Position numbers and translations under genes: made by a program. A stretch of 64,000 nucleotides of DNA from a virus, in IMG/VR virus record IMGVR_UViG_3300028490_000007, positions 13,123 through 77,122 of that record; one strand, written 5' to 3'. Numbering within the stretch: position 1 is the stretch's first letter; the number at the start of each line of letters is the position of its first letter. Below, piece by piece: positions 29,273-39,696 of the stretch. The notes under the pieces were generated by a model that saw only the letters and a program-made list of their open reading frames with translations, did no database searches and was not told the DNA's origin.

Positions 29273-30328
29273 ATGGACTATAAAACACTAGCCATATCAA
29301 TAGCATCAGCAGAAGACCCTTACGGTGAATTTGCAAAAGAAGCGTCGGATTTAGACGAAGTGCATAAGACAACTCTAGCAAGAGAAGTTAATAAGCAAAT
29401 GTTTATAAGCAGACTAGACGGACGAGAAGGTGATGGACATATCGACTTCGACGTTATAGAACCTGAGTTGAAAGATACTCATGTGACAAAAAGTGTAGGA
29501 GATCCAACTGTGGAAAAAGTAGCATCAGAACAGCCTAGCAAATCTCCTCTTGAGAAGAGAGCTATGGTTGAAGACTCTATGTTTGTCGTTGCACCAAGAC
29601 AGACTATTAAAGCAAAATCAACAACAGGTGGAAGTGCTAAAACTTTCAGAAAAATAGCAGAGCATATTATAGACGATGACTTAGATAGAATTTCAGACAA
29701 AGAGAAACAAGCTTTTGATGAAACTAAAGTCAGAGCTGTAGCTTTATTGAATGATATGTTTGGTGCAGAGCTAGAAGGCATCACTAAGATGGCTGACGAT
29801 GCCTCTGAGCTTAGATCCGTGATAGGTGCAGCCATTGGTAAGGGATTGAGTAATGTAGTCCCTGAGATAGTAGCTATATCAAATGACGCAGAGAGTACGC
29901 TTCTTAAGGTGGCATCAGTTGATTTAGATGACACTAGAGCTAAGGCTGTCGATGCTTCACTTGACTATATGGTTAATCTGAACGAAGCAAAAGCATTGGT
30001 GAAACAAGCTTCCACACAACAAGAACTTGATAAGCTTGCATTCATCGCCCCATTGCTAGGGGGAATAGCTCGCTTGGGTTTTAATGTAGCCAAGGGTGCA
30101 GCCAAAGGTGGCCGTGCTCTTGGCAAGGGTGCGTGGGGGACAATGAAGCTACCTGGTAGAGTTACCGGTGCGACTAAGAACCTGCTCACTTTGAAAAACC
30201 CAGCTAAGGGTTGGAAGGATGGAGGGGGCTTAATGACAACATTAGGAACCACTGCTGTTCTTGGAGGGGCTGCTCTTACAGCAGGTCCAACTATGGATAA
30301 ATATCAAGAAATGACACAACGCATATAG
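29273..30328 (+). CDS. K-x-A-motif head protein with cationic amphipathic C-terminal segment
   Basis: ATG at 29273 after AAGGA. About 9 K-x-A motifs in an acidic region, then FIAPLLGGIARLGFNVAKGAAKGG...TAVLGGAALTAG. Confidence 0.6.
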   Translation: MDYKTLAISIASAEDPYGEFAKEASDLDEVHKTTLAREVNKQMFISRLDGREGDGHIDFDVIEPELKDTHVTKSVGDPTVEKVASEQPSKSPLEKRAMVEDSMFVVAPRQTIKAKSTTGGSAKTFRKIAEHIIDDDLDRISDKEKQAFDETKVRAVALLNDMFGAELEGITKMADDASELRSVIGAAIGKGLSNVVPEIVAISNDAESTLLKVASVDLDDTRAKAVDASLDYMVNLNEAKALVKQASTQQELDKLAFIAPLLGGIARLGFNVAKGAAKGGRALGKGAWGTMKLPGRVTGATKNLLTLKNPAKGWKDGGGLMTTLGTTAVLGGAALTAGPTMDKYQEMTQRI

Positions 30329-30353
30329 TGTCGTTAATTAAAGGGAACGCACT

Positions 30354-31604
30354 ATGAACATTGAACTTATAAAGTCACGCTTTACTCCAGAGATGCTTGG
30401 AGCTATAAAAAACGAAGTTGATACTTTTGTGCAGGAGCGTTTCACTCTTGATGACTACACGATAAACAAACACCTTATTGACACATTCTTCATTCAGCCA
30501 ATCTTCTATTCCACCTTACTGAACTACTACACGATGTATGAACAGCGTTCCACATTGTCTTTGTCTGACATATATAGTGACGATGCAATCTCTCCAACAA
30601 AAAAGGATGCGTACTTCGCTTCTTTTGCTGCGGACATAGGGATTAATACCACAAACATGTCATCAGAGGATATGGTCTCTGCCATAGAGAATAGACTTAC
30701 TGTGTCAGATACAAGAATTCACTCTGACATGATGAGAATTGTTAAACAATACGACAAGGCGATAGATGGTGCAACTGGTGTATTTTGGACGATGTTCAGA
30801 AACTCACCAGACCACATGTATTTTAGTCACAATAAGTTTGGTGCCGCAATGATGTACGAAGATCTAGTATCTGAGGTTGAGATTGTAGATATCATGAACC
30901 AACCTATTACCATGGGAGATATTGAGAAATACAGAACAATGTCTAATTCCGGTAGAGTTACTAACTTTATAGATATCTATGTGGACACTCATACCTTTAA
31001 GGAACAGCTCGTAATAACTCTCGCTGACGGGGAGACAGACACATATGTTCTCCCTGCTAAAAAATGGAAGAAAATTGAAGTAAGCGAAGCGGACAAAAAC
31101 AATATTAAATGTACAAATATGGAAGGTGGGTATATAGGATTTGCCTCACGGTCTATAACATTTGAAGCAAAAGGTCCACTAAACACAGTGATTAACCTAG
31201 AAAGCTATCTTGATGATGTCGTAGTTGAAGATCAAGTCAAGTCAGACAATCCAACATATGACATTGAGTTTTTCGGACTACTCCCAGTATATGTAGATAT
31301 TAAACTTCAAAATCAGAACTCGATAGCCAGAGTAGCTTCATATCTTGGTACACCTTTAGATGGTAGCAAATGGACAATGAAAGTGTCAGAGCTTTCGAGA
31401 GTATTACAGAAGAGTGGAAACTCTATAGTGGGCATGGATGCTGTAATCTGGATAAATCCTCTTATTAGTAAAAAGATATCCATCTACAACAACAACTTGG
31501 CACTAAGCCCAAAGTCTATATTCTCGTGGATAGATATTGACAATACATGTATCAAGGCTTCCACAATTACTGATTTGGAGACAGGCGATGTTACAAGCCT
31601 ATAA
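30354..31604 (+). CDS. Baseplate wedge (J/gp6-like), tentative
   Basis: 416 aa upstream of the tape measure. N-terminal DTFFIQP...SLSDI...DAYFASF loosely resembles baseplate-J N-termini. Confidence 0.35.
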   Translation: MNIELIKSRFTPEMLGAIKNEVDTFVQERFTLDDYTINKHLIDTFFIQPIFYSTLLNYYTMYEQRSTLSLSDIYSDDAISPTKKDAYFASFAADIGINTTNMSSEDMVSAIENRLTVSDTRIHSDMMRIVKQYDKAIDGATGVFWTMFRNSPDHMYFSHNKFGAAMMYEDLVSEVEIVDIMNQPITMGDIEKYRTMSNSGRVTNFIDIYVDTHTFKEQLVITLADGETDTYVLPAKKWKKIEVSEADKNNIKCTNMEGGYIGFASRSITFEAKGPLNTVINLESYLDDVVVEDQVKSDNPTYDIEFFGLLPVYVDIKLQNQNSIARVASYLGTPLDGSKWTMKVSELSRVLQKSGNSIVGMDAVIWINPLISKKISIYNNNLALSPKSIFSWIDIDNTCIKASTITDLETGDVTSL

Positions 31605-32310
31605 TTCACTTTATCCATATCAGTTTGAAGCGTTGAAAGATGATGAGTATATAATAGCTGCCACAAGCAGATTAGACTCACACAACTCCATAATAAATGC
31701 TAACATATTGTCGTCAAAAACAGGTGTTCTTATACTCCCATCAACGATACATGATATCGATGCAACCACTTTTGAATTTAGAGACGGTAAAGGTGAGCCT
31801 ATCACGACAGAGATAGTTAAAATAAACTCTGGTAACGGGTGGGTAAATGTTGGACTTAGTGGACCAATACAGAACACAAATGACTTATACTTGGAAAAAG
31901 GTAAAGTGGTTTTTGTTCAATTCTTAACACCTGCAATCCTCTACAATAAAACGCTTACTGGAGACATATCTACAGACGGAGTTATGTTTTCAAAGACATA
32001 TTACTCTAGGCTAGAGATGTTATATAACTTTAGACTTGGATGTCACTATTGTAAGGTTCCAGAGACCATAACAAGCATAGACCTACTGACTGGAGATATT
32101 GAAACCAATGAGGGTTCTTTCCATACAGACTATCCTTTGTCTATATCTTATTTGGTTGGGGACACTGTTCCCATTGGCGAGTTTGTAGATAAGGCAGTCA
32201 CTCTCACTCTCGAACCTCCATACGTTAAAGTTTCCATAAAAAAAGAGTATCATTACATAAAAAGAATATTCTCGTTCGACTCTAATAAGATTATCGAACT
32301 CCTAGACTAA
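31588..32310 (+). CDS. Baseplate/tail protein, putative
   Basis: ATG at 31588 overlaps the previous gene. Lies immediately before the tape measure. Confidence 0.4.
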   Translation: MLQAYNSLYPYQFEALKDDEYIIAATSRLDSHNSIINANILSSKTGVLILPSTIHDIDATTFEFRDGKGEPITTEIVKINSGNGWVNVGLSGPIQNTNDLYLEKGKVVFVQFLTPAILYNKTLTGDISTDGVMFSKTYYSRLEMLYNFRLGCHYCKVPETITSIDLLTGDIETNEGSFHTDYPLSISYLVGDTVPIGEFVDKAVTLTLEPPYVKVSIKKEYHYIKRIFSFDSNKIIELLD

Positions 32311-32322
32311 CAAGGACACACT

Positions 32323-35300
32323 ATGATCGATCCGTATATCCAACAATCACAAGCAAGTATGTATATGAGCCCTTGGCAGGGTTTCACGTCTAGTCCAGGA
32401 ATGATGTCTGGTGGACCACAAGGATATATGGGTACAGGCAGTATGTCTAACATGCAGAACCAATTTGGTGGTGGAGGCTCAGGTGTAGGATCTTCTGCAT
32501 ATGGAGCTATGTACGACAATCCATTTACAACAGCTTTTGCTATGCAGAGGACAAATGTACTGGCTAGACCAAAAGGGGCTCATTTTGCAGGGTTTCAAGC
32601 TCATGCAGACAATATTGCAATGGGTACTGGTGCGGCAATGACTGCAACAGGAATGGAAATGGGAGGAAGCCTTGCCGGAGGTGTAGCAGGTGCAGCAATG
32701 GGTTCAGCTATACTTCCTGGTATCGGAACACTTATTGGTGGTATAGCAGGTTCTATGCTTGGTGGGTCTGCCGGAGAAATGGCAGGAGGTGCTTTTGCAA
32801 ATAGAGCAGGTGCTCAAACAGAAGTTCATAGATCCCTTATGGGGTTAGCAAATCCAAGTAGCCCGTATGGTGGCGGTTTTGGTATGGGTAAAAAAGATAC
32901 CAAAGATATTTTCCGTGGAATGGAGAAAATGGCAGGAGACGATCCGTACTTTGGAATGGGCGACATTAGTAGAATACTCGATGAGGGTATTAAATCAGGA
33001 AACATAAAAGGTGGCTCTGGTTCAGGAGATATAAAATCCAAACTAAAAGGTCTGAAAGAAACAGCTAAAAGTCTAGTTGAGATATTCGGTGATAGTGATA
33101 TATCTGAGATAATGGATACATTGAGACGATTAAACGGAACAGGAATGTCTAACTCTCAGGCAGTTCAAACATCAAGAACAATCGGAATGGCTGCTCGTGC
33201 TATGGGAATGAAAGAAGGGGATATGTTCAACCGTGTGTCTCAGGACTCACAAGCAAAAGCAGATGCAGGAATTATGACAGAGGGAGATGCCTTAATTAAT
33301 GACTCTACAAATCTTCTTGCATTTAAGTACAGTGGTGACTTGAAAGATAGATTTACAGGCAATGATGACTTCATTAAAAAGGCAGGAGCATCAATGAGTA
33401 AGTACACTAAATTACTAAGTGGTAATTCAGGTGCACACATGCTCGCAACTAAGAATGAGGCCAGTGAAGCGGCATTAATGGCGATTGCGGAAGCAACAGC
33501 AAAAACTAATGTCGGAGGCAAAGAAGCCTTTACTAATCTGTCGAGAGAAGACCAGGTAAAAGAGCGTCAGAAGGCAATGACACAAGTTATAAACCAACAA
33601 AAGAATGGAGTGGCTCTAACAGGAATGGTCGCAAGTCTTTCTGCAAACGGAACACTTGAGGAAAAAGATCGCTCCGATATCCTTCATGGTAACACGGTGG
33701 CTCTCACTAAAAGAATGAGTCCTGTCTCTACAGACTATACAACAGGTGACGACTATGTTAAGAACCAAGGAGACAGACAAGCTAGGGTGATAAAAAAGGC
33801 ATACAATGACACCATAGCTCAATACTACTCTGGAACTTCTGTCACAGAACAGGACAAATACGTGGCTGATGTACTTGACCAAAAAGGTGAGGCACAATAC
33901 AAGAGTGCTATAAATAAAGAGGTCCAAGGGGAACAGGCAAGTGCTATGAGTAAGTCTGGGTCTTTTGACTCAAGATGGCAAGCTATGTTGACTCAGATGT
34001 CATCAGCATGGGGTCAGTTTACAGAAGACATTGTAGGCAAAACAAAGATGGCTCTCACTGGAATGCAGACAGGGCCTGCTGCTAGTGCGGCAAGTATGTC
34101 AGCTACGGTTAATGTGGCCAACTCTTCTTCTATCGCACAAATGTATGATGACAAAGCAAGTCCTACATTCGACTCTGCTGATATGGTAACAACTGGAGAT
34201 AGAGGCACTAGCATCTCAAATTCTTGGAGTTGGAGAAGTAATGAAGTAAATACGATGGTCAGAGGCATGGCACATCAGGCAGGTCTTGACAAGGGTAGTC
34301 TAGGTACTATGAATGTAGAAGAATTGTCAGCAATGACAAAGAGTGGCTTTGCAAGTGAGGCATCAAGAATAGAAGGGTTAAACGAGACAGACCAAAGCTT
34401 CAAGCCTGTCATAGAGGGAAGCAAATCTATGGCAGAGCTATCATCAGAGATGACAGAAATAGGGGGAGATGGATACACTAAAAAACTTGAAGCATTCGCT
34501 ACAAAAGTGAAAACATCAAACCTTAAAGGTGCAGACGGAATGAACACTGCCGTGACTGACATAAATAATGATGGAGCTGACATATTCAATACTGGTTCGG
34601 CAACAAGATATGGGCTGTCTGTATTGTCTAACGAGAGTGAGCAGAGCTTATTCGGATTAGACCTTCTTGGTGGAGATGCCAAGGCGAGAGGAAAGCAAAC
34701 ACAAACAGTAGATGATATGGTTCTGCTTAATAAGACTGGTCAGAAGCACAACATGGCTGTAAAGAATGCAATGAGTGTTGCTTCTAGTGTTGACTTTGAA
34801 CAATTAAAGGCAGACATTGGAGATCTTGGTTCAAGAGACGGTGTAGCACAATACCTAGAAGAGTCTGGTGTTGGCAAAGATTTAGACAAGCAGTCCAAGG
34901 CTGTATTGTCTCAAGCTTTGAGAGCAGGTCATGGAGACAAGACAAAGACAAAAGAGGCATTCAGATATCAAGCCGGCACTGCTAAAGAAACCATACGCTC
35001 AGGAACAAACTTTCATTCAACAATGAGAACCCTTGGGTTTAAGGTTGAAGGAAGTGTCTCTAAACAACAAATAGACAGACTGGGTAAAGAGTTGGAGTTT
35101 GCAGGGACAAGAGCTGTACTTGACAAGACTGAAGAGGACACAAGCCCTATGGCTAGACGACTAAAAGGGTATCAGTCAATAATTAGGGAACAGCAAGGGT
35201 TCGCTGATGACAAAGAGGGTAATGCAAAAGCACTAGAAATTATGCATGCCCAAGGAAGACAACTTCAAAGAACTTCTGGTGAGCAAGCAATGGCTTCTCA

Positions 35301-37914
35301 GCAACCATTTAGCACAATGGGTAGACTATTCAAGCAGAAAGACACAGTTGAGGAGCAGGAGAGCTTTGGCTCAAACCTAGTTAAAGATGCAGTGGCACTA
35401 GATGCTTCTTCTCAAATGCTAGGAAAAACAGAGAGTGAGAAGAAGGCTATCTTTCAGGCAGCTCAAACATTTGGTTCTCTATCTGGAGGAGATGATGGTG
35501 CTCTGGTTATGCCTGCTAATGTTAAGAAATGGAAGAATGACCATTCAGACATGAGTAAGGAAGATATTCTTATTGCACAAAAGTTATCTCGTGTAGATAA
35601 AATAAAAGGCATAAGTTTTAAAGAATTTAGTAGTGCTACCGGTGATGGTGCGATGCTGGACGCTGCAAAGAAAACTGCTGAGAATGTATTTGGTAAATCC
35701 TTGAATACAAAAAACGAAGTAGCTCAGAGTCTAGGGTTGCTGGGTACATTCAAACAAGGAGCCGATGGAAAGTTTGCTTCAATGACAGATACTGAACTTA
35801 TGCAAAAAGAGAAGGTCGCTAGGTCCAAAGATTTCAAAGAAAGAGATTTTACAGAAAGAGCGTTGGTCAATGCTGCCGACAACTACAAGAAGAGAACACA
35901 CCATGATGCAGATGCAACACAACTATCTGCACAGATGTTTACTGACGCAGGGATTAGTGGTATGACAAGAGGTAGTGTTGCTGATAAAATGAATGGTTCG
36001 GCAAGAAGCCTTTCAGAGGATCTATTGAGTCAGATAAACCAAAACCTAGTACGCTTAGTACAGAAAGCTGAAAACCCAGCAGGTAAGTCCCAGAACAATA
36101 ATGTTTATGGGGATGGTGGTGATGGCAACATGGGAGGAGCCAACAACCCTATCGTGACAGACATTTCTCTAAATCAAGATACAGAAGCCAAGAAGATACC
36201 TGTATCCAAGTCCCCTGAAGACACAGTAAGACAAGATGCTCCGATAGAAGTCAGTGGTGGAAACAAGCAAGCCAAGCCAATTAAAGGAAATGAGCCTGCA
36301 ACAACTGGGTCGGATAAGGCACCTCCTCCTGCACCTACTCCAGTAGCATATTCAGTCGAGGCTATAACAGAGAAGAAGAACAAGAGTGGGGATATGTATA
36401 ATCCTACTGTTGGTGGATCTTCAAGAAGTACCGTAGTGTCAAAAAAGGGTGTAAGCTTTGATGGTCTACAGAAAGACACAGCGAAACTAATGTTGGTAGC
36501 AAGTAGATCCATGGCCAGCGATGGTCATTCTATGATTGTAACTTCAGGGACGGACAGACCTGAAGGGTACGTTGGACCAAACGGGAAACCGGGTAAGTCG
36601 AAACATGAAGATGGAAAAGCCTTTGATATAGGAATAAAATCCTTCAAGAATAAAGATGAGGCAAGAGCTGCAGGTAAGAAAGCCTTGGCAAGAATGCAAA
36701 AAGGATATACAGGAGGGATTGAAGCCATTGAAGAAAAAGGTCATATCCATTTTGAGTTCAATGATGACAAAGAAAAGTCCGGATACATAGAAGACAATAA
36801 GGCTATGGATGCAACAAAATTTGGGCAAAAGAGAAAAGCCTCAAACCTACAGTCTGTACAGTTAGGCGTTGGTGGGTCAGCAAAATCCGATGCAGTTGAC
36901 GCAATAGGAGCGAAAGCACCTCCTAAATTAAAAGCCACTAAAGAAGAGGCCGAAGCATCCAAAAAAACGATGAAGGAACTGTACAAGAGAGCGACTGGTG
37001 GACTTCGTGACTTCATAGATAAGAGAACTACAGACCGTGCCAATGATGACAGAACTATGCACCATGGAGATAGCCTAGTTATAAAAGAGCAAATAAAGAC
37101 AGATAGGGTAAAAGGCAAAACAGCAAAAACTACGGTCTTGAAAAAAGCAGGGTTTGATAAAGATGGCAAGGCATATGAACATATAACAACCAAAGAGTTC
37201 AAGCAGAACATAAAAAAACCGGTATCTCGTCACAAAGAAGACAGCAAAGATAAAGTCCGTGAGTCAACTCAGTTTGGAAAAAACTCATTTGTTGTGTCGG
37301 ACACAGAAACAGGTGAGTCATCTGAATACAAGAAGAACTCAAAAGTAAACAGTATGACCATGGTTGACAAAGATACAAAAAAGATGGAGGGAAGTATACC
37401 TCTTGCTTCTAAGTCTGGAGAAAAAGATGGTCCTCATGAGTCAACTCAGTTTGGGAAAAACTCATTTACTGTAACTGACACTGAAACAGGAAAATCAGAA
37501 GAATACAGCAAGAGCCTAAAGACCAATAGTATTGCAGTTGTGGATAGCAAGAGTAAGAAAGTGGAGAGTGTGTCAGATATTAAGCCTATGTCTGAAAAAC
37601 AAGTGTCCGCAGAACTTGAGAAAGTGTCCCCAGGGAAAGGATCGGGTGGTCCAAAGTCAGAGGCATTCTCAGCCAAAGTAAAAGGTGACATCAAGGCTCC
37701 TTCATATAAAGAATATCAAGACTCCATAACAGGAGGAGATGTTGCTATGCAGAAAACAATGTCCTCGAAAGAAGACAAGAAGACAAAAGGTGATACAAAG
37801 AGAGACATGGCTAGTCAGACCACTTCTCTTCTTGAGAGAATTGCTAAGGCTACAGAGGCTGTCTCAAGTGCAATGAGTGGGAGTGCACCTGTAGTTAAAA
37901 AGCAGAAGAGTTAA
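32323..37914 (+). CDS. Tape measure protein with Gly-zipper TM segment and peptidase M15 domain
   Basis: 1863 aa, Ala/Gly/Met/Lys-rich and helical. GGSLAGGVAGAAMGSAILPGIGTLIGGIAG TM-like segment. M15 motifs SKHEDGKAFDI (H-x6-D) and GHIHFE. C-terminal LLERIA. Confidence 0.75.
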   Translation: MIDPYIQQSQASMYMSPWQGFTSSPGMMSGGPQGYMGTGSMSNMQNQFGGGGSGVGSSAYGAMYDNPFTTAFAMQRTNVLARPKGAHFAGFQAHADNIAMGTGAAMTATGMEMGGSLAGGVAGAAMGSAILPGIGTLIGGIAGSMLGGSAGEMAGGAFANRAGAQTEVHRSLMGLANPSSPYGGGFGMGKKDTKDIFRGMEKMAGDDPYFGMGDISRILDEGIKSGNIKGGSGSGDIKSKLKGLKETAKSLVEIFGDSDISEIMDTLRRLNGTGMSNSQAVQTSRTIGMAARAMGMKEGDMFNRVSQDSQAKADAGIMTEGDALINDSTNLLAFKYSGDLKDRFTGNDDFIKKAGASMSKYTKLLSGNSGAHMLATKNEASEAALMAIAEATAKTNVGGKEAFTNLSREDQVKERQKAMTQVINQQKNGVALTGMVASLSANGTLEEKDRSDILHGNTVALTKRMSPVSTDYTTGDDYVKNQGDRQARVIKKAYNDTIAQYYSGTSVTEQDKYVADVLDQKGEAQYKSAINKEVQGEQASAMSKSGSFDSRWQAMLTQMSSAWGQFTEDIVGKTKMALTGMQTGPAASAASMSATVNVANSSSIAQMYDDKASPTFDSADMVTTGDRGTSISNSWSWRSNEVNTMVRGMAHQAGLDKGSLGTMNVEELSAMTKSGFASEASRIEGLNETDQSFKPVIEGSKSMAELSSEMTEIGGDGYTKKLEAFATKVKTSNLKGADGMNTAVTDINNDGADIFNTGSATRYGLSVLSNESEQSLFGLDLLGGDAKARGKQTQTVDDMVLLNKTGQKHNMAVKNAMSVASSVDFEQLKADIGDLGSRDGVAQYLEESGVGKDLDKQSKAVLSQALRAGHGDKTKTKEAFRYQAGTAKETIRSGTNFHSTMRTLGFKVEGSVSKQQIDRLGKELEFAGTRAVLDKTEEDTSPMARRLKGYQSIIREQQGFADDKEGNAKALEIMHAQGRQLQRTSGEQAMASQQPFSTMGRLFKQKDTVEEQESFGSNLVKDAVALDASSQMLGKTESEKKAIFQAAQTFGSLSGGDDGALVMPANVKKWKNDHSDMSKEDILIAQKLSRVDKIKGISFKEFSSATGDGAMLDAAKKTAENVFGKSLNTKNEVAQSLGLLGTFKQGADGKFASMTDTELMQKEKVARSKDFKERDFTERALVNAADNYKKRTHHDADATQLSAQMFTDAGISGMTRGSVADKMNGSARSLSEDLLSQINQNLVRLVQKAENPAGKSQNNNVYGDGGDGNMGGANNPIVTDISLNQDTEAKKIPVSKSPEDTVRQDAPIEVSGGNKQAKPIKGNEPATTGSDKAPPPAPTPVAYSVEAITEKKNKSGDMYNPTVGGSSRSTVVSKKGVSFDGLQKDTAKLMLVASRSMASDGHSMIVTSGTDRPEGYVGPNGKPGKSKHEDGKAFDIGIKSFKNKDEARAAGKKALARMQKGYTGGIEAIEEKGHIHFEFNDDKEKSGYIEDNKAMDATKFGQKRKASNLQSVQLGVGGSAKSDAVDAIGAKAPPKLKATKEEAEASKKTMKELYKRATGGLRDFIDKRTTDRANDDRTMHHGDSLVIKEQIKTDRVKGKTAKTTVLKKAGFDKDGKAYEHITTKEFKQNIKKPVSRHKEDSKDKVRESTQFGKNSFVVSDTETGESSEYKKNSKVNSMTMVDKDTKKMEGSIPLASKSGEKDGPHESTQFGKNSFTVTDTETGKSEEYSKSLKTNSIAVVDSKSKKVESVSDIKPMSEKQVSAELEKVSPGKGSGGPKSEAFSAKVKGDIKAPSYKEYQDSITGGDVAMQKTMSSKEDKKTKGDTKRDMASQTTSLLERIAKATEAVSSAMSGSAPVVKKQKS
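37261..37570 (+). repeat. Two-copy 59-aa (177-nt period) repeat in the tape measure C-terminus
   Basis: ESTQFGKNSFVVSDTETGES at 37261 and ESTQFGKNSFTVTDTETGKS at 37438. Confidence 0.9.
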
Positions 37915-37931
37915 TAATATATGTGTCTAAG

Positions 37932-37959
37932 TTGACTTTTGTTCTAAATACGATATACT
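37932..37959 (+). promoter_or_regulatory. sigma70-type promoter TTGACT-16-TATACT
   Basis: Intergenic, upstream of groES (GAGGAG SD). Confidence 0.6.
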
Positions 37960-37997
37960 TCTATAGTTAAAAAACACTTAAATATAGAGGAGACAGT

Positions 37998-38252
37998 ATG
38001 ATAAAAGCTTTTGAAGACAAAATATTAGCCAAACGTGTAGGTGAAGATAACCTTACATCAAAGGGCGTAGTTAAAACTTCTACCAATAAAGAGAAGCCGT
38101 TAAAGGTGGTTATTATTGACAGTGCAGTCAGTGAAGTGGTAAAAGGTGATACCTTTCTTATTGCGAGATTTTCAGGAATGGAATTTGAGTTCGAGAATGA
38201 AGAATATCTGACTATTGGTATCGATGATATAATCGCAAGGATTACGTCATGA
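37998..38252 (+). CDS. groES: Co-chaperonin GroES (Cpn10)
   Basis: IKAFEDKILAKR...VKGDTFLIARFSGMEFEFENEEYLTIGIDDIIARI matches the Cpn10 pattern. ATGA overlap with groEL. Confidence 0.85.
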   Translation: MIKAFEDKILAKRVGEDNLTSKGVVKTSTNKEKPLKVVIIDSAVSEVVKGDTFLIARFSGMEFEFENEEYLTIGIDDIIARITS

Positions 38253-39685
38253 TAAAATCAACAGGTCCTAATTCTAATGAGTTTGTCAAAAATGTGATGG
38301 AGCAAGTATCTTCTTTGGTTGAGGTAACATACGGTCCCAGTGGTGGATTTGTAGTCTTATCAAATGGAAATACCTCACTAGCAACAAAAGATGGAGTTTC
38401 TGTTATTAGAGCACTCGTCTCCAATGATGATTTAGAACAAGCAGTCATTAGTGTGATACAAGAAGCAGCCTTGAATACTCTTTCTAAAGCAGGTGATGGT
38501 ACGACGACAACCATTGTTCTTGCAAACCAACTACTCAAATCATTCTCTACTTACGACTATATGAAAAAAGAAGAAATCATCAAGTCTGTAAAAGAGGAAA
38601 TCCGAAAAAAAAGCAAACCTGTAACTATTGGGTCAGATGCACTTACGTCTATCGCTATGACCTCAACATCTGGAGATAAGTCATTGGCGAAAACAGTATT
38701 GGAAGCTTTCACCATAGCAGAGAGCCACGGTATCTCTGGCGTTATTGCAGAGCCTCATTTAGGAAGATGTACTTCCGTGGATACTGTTGATGGAATAAGC
38801 TTTACCGGTAATATGATTGACACTATATTCTATGATAGCCAAGAGCTTAGAACAAAGAGTGCTATTGATCCACATATTATATTTGCTATGGATGAGGTGT
38901 CTGGTGAAGATGATATAGTTGAACTCATAACTACCTGTGTAAACAAAGGGGTTGAAGATCTAATTATTATCGCTCCATCTTTTGCAATGACCTCCTTATC
39001 TGCTCTGTCTATAAACCATAAGGTCTCAATGAACCTAATGCCTATTGCAGTAGATGGTGGTGATGCAGTCCGAACAAAAATGGCTATTCAGGCTATTGCC
39101 ACTGCTTTAGGAGCAACTATTGTTGGTGAAGAAAGTGGAGTGTCTATCGGCGATGTCTCAGAGGATATGATTATCCCCGTAGGAAAGATCTCTATATCTG
39201 GTAAATCTGTTGTTGTCTCAGGATACGATAACAGTTCAAAGGAGAGCATCAACGAACTCGTCAATAGATATGAGTCAAAGCTTAGAGCCGTTGCTTCAGA
39301 TGAAGAAAGAGACATGATTAAAACTCTCATCTCAATCCTCAAGAAAAAAATGGTAAAAGTCATAGTTGGAGGGCACACTTTAAACTCAATCACTGAGAGA
39401 AAAGACCGTGCTGACGACTGTATAAACTCTGTAGAACTAGCACTAAAAGGCGGTGTCGTTCCAGGAGCAGGACGAGCATATACCAACATGGGGATAGGCA
39501 TCAATACTGGCACGAATATAGATAAGGCTGTAGAGGCTGTATCTAGGATAATCAACAAAGGGGAAGTGTCTCCTACAGCACTCCAAACCCTAGACCCGAC
39601 AATAGTCGCAGAGATCGTCGCAGAGCAGGCTATAGAGCTTGCATTCATGCTAGGTATGACAAGAGCTGTCGTACTTACACAATAA
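38249..39685 (+). CDS. groEL: Chaperonin GroEL-like (Cpn60), short and divergent
   Basis: TYGPSG, TKDGVSV, AGDGTTT, ERKDRADD and GGVVPGAG motifs. 478 aa, no GGM tail. Confidence 0.92.
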   Translation: MIKSTGPNSNEFVKNVMEQVSSLVEVTYGPSGGFVVLSNGNTSLATKDGVSVIRALVSNDDLEQAVISVIQEAALNTLSKAGDGTTTTIVLANQLLKSFSTYDYMKKEEIIKSVKEEIRKKSKPVTIGSDALTSIAMTSTSGDKSLAKTVLEAFTIAESHGISGVIAEPHLGRCTSVDTVDGISFTGNMIDTIFYDSQELRTKSAIDPHIIFAMDEVSGEDDIVELITTCVNKGVEDLIIIAPSFAMTSLSALSINHKVSMNLMPIAVDGGDAVRTKMAIQAIATALGATIVGEESGVSIGDVSEDMIIPVGKISISGKSVVVSGYDNSSKESINELVNRYESKLRAVASDEERDMIKTLISILKKKMVKVIVGGHTLNSITERKDRADDCINSVELALKGGVVPGAGRAYTNMGIGINTGTNIDKAVEAVSRIINKGEVSPTALQTLDPTIVAEIVAEQAIELAFMLGMTRAVVLTQ

Positions 39686-39696
39686 AAGGAACCCAA

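Noticed and set aside
27857-37570. Repeats as a CRISPR array or DGR template/variable repeats
   Set aside because: Only two in-frame coding copies each, differences are not adenine-specific, there are no spacers, and no reverse transcriptase or cas gene is present.
10935-39685. Bacterial chromosome origin, suggested by rpoC and groESL
   Set aside because: Both are highly divergent or truncated and are embedded among terminase, capsid and tail genes with no other housekeeping context.
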